A stretch of DNA of 33,670 nucleotides. It comes from Catajapyx aquilonaris. Its lineage: Eukaryota. The notes below the pieces were generated by a model that was not told the origin of the DNA, searched no databases, and was given only the letters and a program-made list of their open reading frames with translations. Positions 23,361 to 33,670 of this stretch are shown piece after piece (positions within the stretch are counted from its first letter, which is position 1; each line of letters starts with the position of its first letter). The position numbers and the translations under genes were made by a program. The stretch spans positions 1 through 33,670 of the forward strand of contig JYFJ02004255.1 in assembly GCA_000934665.2 (NCBI GenBank). Direction: 5' to 3'.

Positions 23361-23748
23361 ACAACAACAACAACAACATCACGACATTTCCCTATGAGGG
23401 GTAGTCAGCGATGAAGGGAGATGCAAGCTAACCCAACATATGAACTAATAAAACACATGAGAAAGAACCTAAAAACAACCTGTCCCACCCCCCACCCCTG
23501 TCCCACCCCCCACCCCTGTCCCACCTCAGACATCACCTTATCCTCAGACATATTTACCTATTTACCCATTAATTAACCTACGCCATTTACACCTATCCAA
23601 ACAAACAACCCTAGCCTCAGCCACGTCCATGGTCCTATTGACACAAGAACGTCTCGGCTTAACACTAGCAACACCCTTAAGACACTGGCCCACCTGGTCC
23701 AACCATGTCTTCCTAGGCCTANGCCACGATAATTCTTGCAGTCACACA
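23361..23748 (-). mobile_element. RTE-clade LINE 3' fragment with (TTG)n tail
   Basis: The minus strand reads DCKNYRG, then an N base, then RPRKTWLDQVGQCLKG...MDVAEARVVCLDRCKWRRLING*. The (CAA)n tail is at 23361-23377. Paralogous sites (about 10585, 4945) lack the insert. Confidence 0.82.
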
Positions 23749-24389
23749 CCGTAATGTTGCGTTGTATAATGACAAATATTATAATATATATTCCCCCTGG
23801 TAGTAATGGTACGTATATAGTAAAATGTGAATGCCAGTATAACGCATACGATACACATTTTGCAACATACGATGCCAGAAGATGTGTTGGTCAATATTGG
23901 ATATTTGGAAATTGTACATAAACTATTCCAAAAAGATTCCAAGATCGTAATTTTAATTAATATACCATCTACTATGGCTATGGTTTACTATTTTCGTGCA
24001 AATTACTTTAACATATCGTAAAGCGAATTTTATCTCAGAAAAGAAATGGGTAAAAAAATAATTTTATAAAGCCCATGTAAAATAATAATCTAATCTTCGA
24101 ACCCTCATAACTCGAAATCAGTCGATGCTTCTCTGATCGTTCTGCAGTTCAGGTATAAATAGGCGGCTGCAAAGGGCGGCAGATGCATAAAATAATCATA
24201 CACAATACATATTTATCATCCATGAAGTTTTTTTTTGCATTTTATGAACAATAATGTATCTATATCGCTCAAAAAAATAGAGACGATTGGCATTTGATTC
24301 AAGTGCAAGTTGCACTTGAGTCAAATGCAAAATCGTCTCTATCTTTTTGGGCGATATAGTACTTAGTCATTTTCATGTAGGTATGTGAT

Positions 24390-24720
24390 CTATTTCTGGA
24401 TATATTTTGACGTATCATTCTTGTTATCATCGGTCCCATCGTCGCAACTGTCCTTCTGCAAGGAGAAAAATATTGCTTCAGCACAAAGAGTTGCTTCGAT
24501 TCTGCATTTTCTGAGAGCGTAACTCACCAGCTGAATTGCTCCTACTCTGAAGCAAGAGTACTTGTCCACATATGAAGACAGGTTGGGCAAGTCCTGTAAA
24601 TACACACAGTAACAAGTTGTACAAGTACACTCTACAGAAGATTGAAACTTGAAATGCCTTTTGATGGCTTTTATCCCCGTGAGACCCAGCTGTACCCGCC
24701 AACGCAGTGCCTAGTTTTCC

Positions 24721-24793
<73 letters not shown>

Positions 24794-27615
24794 CTGATAC
24801 CCCATTATCAGCCAACCGGGCTTTTCTAGGGGGGGGGGATGATTTCTCTCAATTTTTTTGTCTGGAACTCTTTACATTTTTACTGCTTTTTTCATCGGAA
24901 TGAGGCAAGAATAGAGAAGGAAGGAAGCGGCTATGGCCTATGATTACGGTAACGACCCCGAAATTATCCTGCGAGGACCATGGGAAACCACAGAAAACCA
25001 TGGTCAGGGTCGCCGGCCTCCGGGATTCGAACCCAGGGCCTCCCGATTAGCAGTCGGACACCATACCACTCCACACCTACTGCTTCGGTTAGTTTTCCTA
25101 TTACGAGTACTCTGAACGTACGTACAAGATATTTTACACAAAATAAAAGCTTCACTTGCCCGAGCAGGGAAAACACTATGAATGTGTCTGGAACAATAAT
25201 TTTTCCTCGTCTAGAAGTCACTAAATTAATTTCCAAAAGTATCGCTGTAAAACTCGAAATTAGAGTGCTTCCGGCCGGCTACTTGGCTGCTTTAATTATG
25301 AAGTACGTTAAAATACACGGAATAACAACATTGAGAATAGTGGCAGACGAATTTGCTGAAATCGTCGTATACTTTGCGAGAAATAAAATATTTCTGATCT
25401 GCGCCTTTCCTGTTACTTCGGAAATCTCCCTAATTCAGTTTTGGGTCGCGAAGTACGACGATTTCAGCAATTTCGTCTGTCACTATATTCTCAATGTTAA
25501 TATTCCGTATTTATTTTAATGTATTTCATAAATAAATCAACCTAACAGTTGGCCGGCAGTTCTCGAACTTCGAGATTTTTGAAAATTAATTTAGGAACTT
25601 CTAGAGGAGGAAAATGGTCCCAAACACATTCATAGAATTTTCAAGGAACATGTAAGTATAGCTGTTATTATTTGTAAAATACGTTATAATTATCTTTAGA
25701 GTACGTGCAATCCAAAAACTAGGCGCTCGCTGTATATAGCTATAGTACTCTGCGGCGATCCTTTTGGAAATTAATTTAGGGACTTCTAGTAGATGAAACT
25801 GGTTGCAAACACATACATAGCGTAGAACATGAATGTTTAAGTATATCTGTTATTATTGGTAAAATATATTATTTTTATCTTCAGAGTACATGTAAATTTA
25901 ACGATGAATTTAACAGAAAGGAGAATCTAGGCGATGCGATGGAGGTATAGCTAGTGCTCAAGGGGTCAATGGCAACATACCTTGGGACGTGACTTTCCAT
26001 ATGACTGCAGGTAGAAATTGAGGAATAACAAGAATACGACAGGAGCCCAAACCAGTGCCCAAAATTGGGGATACCACGGGTAATCACACTCGATGAAAAG
26101 AAGCTGACTCTGATGCACCGCCAGCATGACGAACTGGATCTATTTATGAATAAGGTAATGAGGTTTTGAATCACGCTGGATGTAGCATGCCATCTGCTGC
26201 GCGTCCGTTTCAATTAGTGACATGTTATGCACTAAATTTCTCATTATTAAGGAGTGACAGAGGCCATATGGAAAACATTATTATTTTCTCATATTAGCTT
26301 AAGTGCTGAAGACTTCATGTAAATCATGAATTGCAAGGAGTTTATGAGCGAATAGTTATAGTATTGGATCACTGGAATTTTGAGTCAATAATATATACAA
26401 GCAACCCATTATTTGCTGGTTAGAGCATCCCACATTGCTTGAAGCAGTTGCGTCTATTCCGCAAAATGTCTATAATGCAATACGTGCGAGGGGTCCAAAA
26501 AGAAACTGATTGATATTTTTAAGTGAATCGCACATTTGGTAGTTGTAGAAGGTAATCATCCTGACATGATATGCTGTCTCACCATCTGAACTGTGGTCAG
26601 GTACTTCTTCCACCAGAGGTACTTGTGGTATCCCAGGCCAGCCAGGAGGTAATACGAGTACATCAGCACGTGCACAAACGAGTTCAAAAGGCAGATTAAT
26701 GAGGATTGCCCGCCTGAAATGTGGGAGTATAATAATTCCTATTTGGCTAAAGTAATACTTTGAAGAGGTAGGCGTCATACCTGCAACAAATTTCAGTCCG
26801 TACCACACACCAAAAGGCATCCCGGCATGGTGACCTAAGTGAAGAAAAGTGATCTGGTCGTACTTTTTCCTAAGCGCGAAGAACACCTAAAAACAACAAG
26901 TGTTTTGATAGCTACACGTACAATTATTATTATTAATTGGGCATTGTTGTGTTCCTTACAGTGTCGCACCAGTCGATCATCTTGGAAATGTAGAACAGCC
27001 AGAAAGCTTGAACCATCTGCAACAGAAACACTTATGGTTACGCTGAGAAGTTTGCAAGGAATTAGTAACTTACGGCCATAGCCTGTGGACTTCTGGAGTA
27101 GTCCACTGGCTGGCAAATGAAGCTGTAGGAAGTGAACCAGCCTCCCTTGATGCACTATACATTGATAAATAATGTAAGAAACAACATTGAGAAATGTGTG
27201 ATTCATTTATCACATGGTTGGATCAACTACGATACTGTCACTTGTTACTAACCATAGTGATTATCCAGGCGTTAAGCATCACTTGGAAGGCATTATACAC
27301 GGTCACTAATTTAGTGAGCTTCATTGGTGGTCTACCCACCATTAGTCTCGGAAGTATATAAGACACTAGAAAGATGTATCCGAAGGTAGCTGCCACAAGT
27401 GTGTACATGTGACCAGTCAATGGCAGCTCCATCACTCGAGGATCTGAAATTGATTAATAAGGTACAGTACAGATGTAAGTTATTGCAACTATAATAGATA
27501 TAATGAACAATGATGCAGTACCTTCATCGTCGTAAAATATGTGGTTGTACCATTGCTTCGTGTAAGCCCCCAGAGCAATGTTGTTTTCTGCAGACGTCGT
27601 CGTGTTGCCAGCCAT
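24390..27615 (-). CDS. ELOVL: ELOVL-family fatty acid elongase, copy G (intact, 316 aa)
   Basis: Exons 27615-27522, 27443-27253, 27154-27074, 27016-26960, 26886-26781, 26713-26583, 26139-25981, 24593-24528, 24455-24390. GT-AG introns, 951 nt in frame. Motifs [36 protein letters not shown]. Confidence 0.93.
24723..25089 (-). mobile_element. tRNA-derived SINE with an (ATT)n tail in intron 7 of copy G
   Basis: B box GGTTCGAATCC and an A-box-like AGGTGTGGAGTGG on the minus strand. TSD TAGTTTTCCTA at 24712-24722 and 25090-25100. (AAT)n run at 24721-24793. Confidence 0.88.
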
Positions 27616-28202
27616 TGTCTTTTCCACTTGTCCTGTGCTAATTATTGAGGTTCCAGGCTGGATATATGCGGAAAGCTGTTCATTGAAGCTGTGTGGGAAG
27701 TAATATTGTAAGTGTAACCAACCAGTGATCATGCCACACAAACCACTGAGTTACACACTTCACAGGCATGTGTGCTTTTAAAGAGCTCGTTTTCTTTTAT
27801 TTGCTTGCAGTAAAGAAACCATGGGTGTAGGATATAATCACGCATAATATACGGTATGTAACTATGTAACGTATGTTGTAACCTGCAACGCTGGCAATAT
27901 TTCACATTTTGCAGAAAAACGATATAATTGTACATAATATACCAAAAATGTTCCTATCGTATAATATGTGTCAGAAAATATCACGATTTGTATAAATTGC
28001 GACACTCTGTACTGTACCTTAATCTTTAACAAATGCGTAGTCGAACTTGCACTTGACAAATGTCACCAGATCCACGTCACTTCCTTTCAGTGTGGGATTT
28101 CCTCCATCGGACCTGTGATTACTGTTGGTGAGACGCCAATGTAGCAAGTATCACACTCAACCTTTCCTGAGCATTTAACCTTGTGCAAGAACCCACCCAG
28201 CT

Positions 28203-28210
28203 CTTTTATA
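28203..28210 (-). promoter_or_regulatory. Candidate TATA box of copy G; putative non-coding exon donor near 28018
   Basis: Conserved upstream block, nearly identical to that of copy A. Confidence 0.4.
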
Positions 28211-28967
28211 CTGACAAGAAAATGTTGGTGTTCAGGTGACTGAAAGACTATTTAAGTAATCAAACACTGACCACTGACGAAATGCGTTACATCTCTCATA
28301 GTTCATCAGCAATAGCGAGAAATGCTCTGGTTGAGTAAGTGCGGCATGCAACGTGGGATGATTTGCTCAATTAGGAGTTAATAGTACAAAAAAAGCAGCG
28401 TGAATGTAAAACCTGTAGTCCCATCAAGGTGACGGAGGAAAGGCGATAAACTTTGTTCCTGAATTACTGTGTACACCGAAAAAAAGGAATAAGTTGAAGT
28501 AACCAAAAAAATTTGGTAGAGTGCTAAAGGGTCCTTTCAACCAAAACTGCACTTGGCAGAACCAAAATCACGCGGTTGGCGTAACAAAAAAAAATTGGTT
28601 GCAATTGCATTGGGGGCAGCCTCTCATGTTCAGGCCAGGTGAACGGGTGATTACTTTCCACCAGATGTTTGTCAGTTATATAGGCGATGATGATATCATA
28701 ACCAAGCCCTTGGGGCAACCTGACAGAGACATAATGTCCATCGGGTGGTTGAGTGCTCACCTGTTCCAGGTAGGAGTGGATGGGCTTCTTTGGGACGTTA
28801 CAGAGATTCTCTGACTACTAGTGTTTAAACGCAAGTGTGAAGGATGGGGTCTCTGTAATTGAGGGAAGCTAACTGACATGCTATGCTGGGGCTAACCCCC
28901 TACAGAGGTACAGAGTACAAGTAATTCGACTGTACATTGGTGAATGACTCTTGAGCGACTGTATCAT

Positions 28968-29333
28968 AAGTACCCCTGTGGGGGATTAGCTTTTACAGTA
29001 GCTGTCTACGGAAGCTATTACCTGGGCCGTGCTTTGCGATTGTATTACGGGCAGCCTCTCATGTTCAGGACCGGGGGACCGGGGGAGAAGAATCTTAATT
29101 AGTATGCTCCAAGGGTGGGTGGGAGGGGATGTGCAAAGTGCAAGTGCAATGTCTCTAATCGTCATTTTGTGAACTCCCCCGGGTGGCTTAGTCTGCCGGA
29201 AATTGCCACCCGAAACGAAGCCAGAGATGGCCCAACTCTGCACGAAATAAGGTGGGAACCCCGGGTGGGGATTGAACCCGGGACCTTAACTTCCGTGGGC
29301 GCGCGCGTTACCGCGGCGCCACTCCGTCTCCCC
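28968..29333 (-). mobile_element. tRNA-derived SINE (same family as 30159-30490)
   Basis: GGGGAGACGGAGTGGCGCCGCGGTAAC..GGTTCAATCC on the minus strand. The 3' end GGGGTACTT is shared with the other copy. Confidence 0.85.
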
Positions 29334-29799
29334 GTAGTAAATTATATAGTAAAATGTGAATGCCAGTATAACGCATACACATTTTGCAACATACAATGCC
29401 AAAAGATGTGTTGGTCAATATTGGATATTTGGAAATTGTACATAAACTATTCCAAAAAGATTCCAAGGTCGTAATTTTAATTAATACCATCTACTATGGC
29501 TATGGTTTACTATTTTCGTGCAAATTTCTTTAACATCGTAAAGCGAATTCTATCTGAAAAAGAAATAGGTAAAAATAATAATTTATAAATCCCATGTAAA
29601 ATAATAATCTAATCTTCGAACCTCACAACTCGAAATCAGTCGATGCTTCTCTGATCGTTCTGCAGTTCAGGTATAAATAGGCGGCTGCAAAGGGCGGCAG
29701 ATGCATAAAATAATCATACACAATATATATTTATCATCCATGAAGTTTTTTTTGCATTTTATGAAAAATAATGTACTTAGTCATTTTCATGTATGTGAT

Positions 29800-32700
29800 C
29801 TATTTCTTGATACATTTTGACGTATCATTCTTGTTAACATCGGTCCCATCGTCGCAACTGTCCTTCTGCAAGGAGAAAAATATTGTTTCAGCACAAAGAG
29901 TTGATTCGATTCTGCATTTTCTGAGGTAGTAACTCACCTGCTGAATTGCTCCTAACTCTGAAGCAAGAGTACTTGTCCACATTTAAAGACAGGTTGGGCA
30001 AGTCCTGTAAATACACACATCAGTAACACGTTGTACAAGTACACGTTACAGAAGATTGAAACCAGAAATGCCTTTTGATGGCTTTTATTCCCCTGAGTCC
30101 CAGCTATATACCCGCCAACGCAGTGCCTAGTTTTCCTATTACGAGTACTCTGAAGATATGGGGAGGCGAAGTGGCGCTGCGGTAACGTATGCGCCCGCGG
30201 ATGTTAAGGTCCCGGGTTCGATCCCAACCCGGGGTTCCCCCCTTCATCTCGCGCAGAGTAAGACCGTCTCTGGCTTCGTTTCGGGTGGCGATCCTTCCAC
30301 ATATGCCACACGGGGGAGTTCACAAAACGGCACATCAACGTCTGTGCACACGCACTTTGCACATCCCCTCCCAGTTTCCCTGCCTGTGGGTCCGGGCGTA
30401 TTCAAAAATAGACAACAGCCCTTTCCCTCCAATGGTGGTAATCCACCCCCCTATAGACGAAACAGGTCATCACGGGGTACTTAAAAAAAATTACGAGTAC
30501 TCTGAAGATACGTACAAGATATTTTACACAAAATAAAAGCTACACTTGCCCGATCAGGGAAAACACTATGAATGTGTCTGGAACAATTTTCCTCGGAACA
30601 ATTTTCCTCGTCTTGAAGTCTCTAAATTATTTTCCAAAAATATCGCTGTAAAACTCGAAATTAGAGTGCTTCCGGGCCGGCTACTTGGCTGATTTAATTA
30701 TGAAGTACGTTAAAATGCACGGAATAACAACATTGAGAATAGTGGCAGACGAATTTGCTGAAATCGTCGTATACTTTGCGAGAAATAAAATATTTCTGAT
30801 CTGCGCCTTTCCTGTTACTTCGGAAATCTCCCTAATTCAGTTTTGGGTCGTGAAGTACGACGATTTCAGGTAATTCGTCTGGCACTATATTCTCAAGGTT
30901 AATATTCCGTATATATTTTAATGTATTTCATAATTAAATCAGCCTAACAGTTAGCCAGGAGGTCTCGAATTTCGAGTTCTTTGAAAATTAATTTAGGAAC
31001 TTATAGAGGAGGAAAATGGTTCCAAACACATTCATAGCATTTTTAAGGAGCATGTTAGTATAGCTGTTATTATTATTTGTAAAATACGTTATAATTATAT
31101 TCAGAGTACGTGCTGCAAGCCAAAAACTTGGCGCTCGCAGTATAGCTATTACTCTGCGGCGATCCTTTTGGAAATTAATTTAGGGACTTCTAGATGAAAC
31201 TGGTTACAAACACATACATAGCGTAGAGCATGAACGTGTAAGTATAGCTGTTATTATTTGTAAAATATATTATTATTTTATCTTCAGAGTACATTTAAAT
31301 TTAACAGAAACAAAAATCTAGGCGATGGAGGTAGAGCTTGGGGCTCATTGGCAACAAACCTTGGGACGTGACTTTCCATATGACTGCAGGTAGAAATTGA
31401 GGAATAACAAGAATACGACAGGAGCCCAAACGAGCATCCAAAATTTGGGGAACCACTGGTAATCACACTCGATGAAAAGAAGTTGACTCTGATGCTGTAG
31501 ACTTCAGAATGTAAATCATGAATTGCAAGGAGTTTATGAGCGAATAGTTATAGTATTGCATCACTGGAATTTTGAGTCAATAGTATACAAGCAACCCATT
31601 ATTTGCTGTTTAGAACATCCCACACTACTTGAAGAAGTTGCGTCTATTCCGCAAAATGTCTATAATGCAATATGTGCGAGAGGTTCTAAAAGAAGCTCTT
31701 TGATATTTTTAAGTGAATCGCATACTTGGTCGTTGTTGAAGCTAATCATGAAACTGACATGATATGCTGTCTCACCATCTGAACTGTGGTCAGGTACTTC
31801 TTCCACCAGAGGTACTTGTGGTATCCCAGGCCAGCCAGGAGGTAATACGAGTACATCAGAACGTGAACAAACGAGTTGCAGAGACAGAGGAATGACGTGT
31901 GTCCACCTGAAATGTGGGAGTATACAATAATTCCTATTCGGCTAAAGTAATACTTTGAAGAGGTAGGCCTTATACCTGCAACAAATTTCAGTCCGTACCA
32001 CATACCAAAAGGCATCCCGGCATGGTGACCTAAGTGAAGAAAAGTGATCTGGTCGCACTTTTTACTAAGCGCGAAGAAAACCTAAAAACAACAGGTGTTT
32101 TGATGGAGCTACGTACAATTATTATTATTAATTGAGCATTGTTGTATTCCTTACAGTGTCGGACCAGTCGATCATCTTCGAAGATGTAGAACAGCCAAGA
32201 AAGCTGGAACCATCTGCAACGGAAATATGGCACCATGGTCGTATGCAAGATAATTTTTGCACCAATTTAATTGTGACTTACGGCCATGGCCTGTGGACTT
32301 CTGGAGTAGTCCACTGGCTGGCAAATGAAGCTGTAGGAAGTGAACCAGCCTCCCTTGATGCACTATACGTTGAGAAATGTAAGAAACAACATTGAGAAAT
32401 GTGTGATTCCTTTATCACATGGTTGGATCAACTACGATACTGTCACTTGTTACTAACCATAGTAATTATCCAGGCGTTAAGCATCACTTGGAAGGCATTA
32501 TGCACGGTCACTAATTTAGTGAGCTTCATTGGTGGTCTACCTACCATTAGTCTCGGAATTACATAACACACCAGAAAGACGTATCCAAGACTGCTGCTGG
32601 CTACCACAAATGTGTACATGTGACCAGTCAATGGAAGCTCCATCACTCGGGGATCTGAAATTAATTGATAATAATTAATAGACGTATTGTTCAAATAGAT

Positions 32701-32824
32701 ATATTGAACAATGCAGTACGGCCGGCAACTTCATCGTCGTAAAATACGTGATTGTACATATTTGCTTTACAAATGCCCCCAACGCAATGTTGCTTTCTGC
32801 ACACGTTGTCTTGTTACCAGCCAT
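29800..32824 (-). pseudogene. ELOVL: ELOVL copy H, full-length pseudogene
   Basis: Exon 1 (ATG 32824) is decayed. Exon 2 32654-32458 (+6), exon 3 32362-32282, exon 4 32213-32155 (59 nt, frameshift), exon 5 32081-31976, exon 6 31906-31776. Exon 7 is 5'-deleted (31494-31360), exon 8 30004-29938 (+1), exon 9 29865-29800. Confidence 0.9.
30159..30490 (+). mobile_element. tRNA-derived SINE with a poly(A) tail in intron 7 of copy H
   Basis: A box TGGCGCTGCGG, B box GGTTCGATCC, A8 tail. Perfect 20-bp TSD TTACGAGTACTCTGAAGATA at 30139-30158 and 30491-30510. The empty site is at 11911-11930. Confidence 0.92.
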
Positions 32825-33006
32825 TTGTGATGTTGGATTTGTCCAGTGGTAATTATTATAGTTCTAGGATAGATCCTTGGATAGATCACTTAGGCTGTGT
32901 GGGAAGTGCTTCCAAGAGTAATCAACGAATGATCATGCCACAGAAAGCATTCTAGTTGGACTGTACTGAGAGAGATGGTGCATGAAAGGATGCATGTTTT
33001 TATTTG

Positions 33007-33573
33007 GTGCTCGGAAAGAAATACAAAAGAGAACCTTTTGCAATCTGCATCGAGGGTAAATGATGCCATTTTGCAGAAGAAATAGTGAAAATGAATGGTT
33101 ATAAAGAAATGTTTCAATGTAGTAATACTGCGCTCGGGTAATTACACGTATCCTTGGTGAATTGAGAAATATTTGATCAGCGCATCACTACCAAACATGA
33201 CGTAATGCATTAGCTCTGATAGTGCGGCACGAAATGTATACGGTATGCAGTTTCTTTCAGGTTTAATCTTTTGGCGCATTTTAAAGGCGAAATTGTACTA
33301 GTTTATTTAGGCGATTTTGGTTTCATTGCGAAGTTAACAGCTTTTTGAAGTCTTCAATTACAATATACACGCTGGCTATAGGGATCGTTCTGCGGGTCAG
33401 GCAACCCGCCAGACATACTATATGTCATTTTGCCTTCAAGGAAAACCCTATCACCAGAATAGGTTGCGATTCAATACTTAGCAAGCGAGTACCTCCGCAA
33501 TGAAGCCAAAATCCCCAAAAATCAAAACCTTTAATCAAAGCTAAACTTCTCTCGCAAATTAGTCAAGAGGCTT
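33007..33573. mobile_element. Dispersed repeat replacing the upstream block of copy H
   Basis: Direct match to 19157-19555 and inverted match to 1163-1545. Confidence 0.7.
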
Positions 33574-33670
33574 TGTTATGTCCGGAGACCGAGGAACTGC
33601 TGAATGATACACTACGCCATCTTTGCTACTCCTTTATTTCTTTTGTTTTACTCCGAGAGGTGCTGCCACC
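33574..33670 (-). mobile_element. Second copy of the short LTR, inverted and cut by the window edge
   Basis: Reverse complement of 171-268 apart from one 1-bp indel. It begins TGTTATG, the complement of the LTR end CATAACA. Confidence 0.8.

Noticed and set aside
24980..25519. 179-aa plus-strand ORF, with relatives at 11966-12340 and 30685-30873
   Set aside because: It starts inside a SINE and runs through the intron-7 repeat. The frame is not preserved across copies and I recognise no domain.
30160..30240. tRNA-like sequences (also about 16070-16140, 25015-25089, 29260-29333)
   Set aside because: Pol III boxes are present, but each is followed by a body and, in most cases, a tail and TSD. 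They are SINE heads, not tRNA genes.
171..33670. Giant TIR transposon carrying the whole array
   Set aside because: The repeat has PPT and TG..CA LTR structure with its 3' ends facing inward, and it interrupts unrelated sequences at each end. Two LTR insertions explain this better.

Overview
Eukaryotic, AT-rich, repeat-dense genomic DNA, probably from an arthropod or other invertebrate (inferred from gene family and repeat types). The window is a head-to-tail tandem array of at least eight minus-strand copies of one ELOVL-family very-long-chain fatty-acid elongase gene with 9 coding exons (ELOVL1/7-like: HxxHH box, KxxDxxDT, NxxxHxxMYxYY, WWKKYLTxxQxxQ). I spliced the copies by hand. Three are intact (A 2436-4306, 310 aa; D 15199-17517, 317 aa; G 24390-27615, 316 aa). 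One is broken by a single 2-bp insertion (B), one is a full-length decayed pseudogene (H), and three are fragments (C, E, F). The copies are mosaics of one another. They are interspersed with tRNA-derived SINEs, palindromic MITEs, and fragments of RNase H-bearing and RTE-like LINEs. Two near-identical short LTRs in inverted orientation lie at the window ends. This looks like a birth-and-death lipid-elongase cluster. I see no evidence of a prokaryote-style novel system, and the most unusual features are structural.
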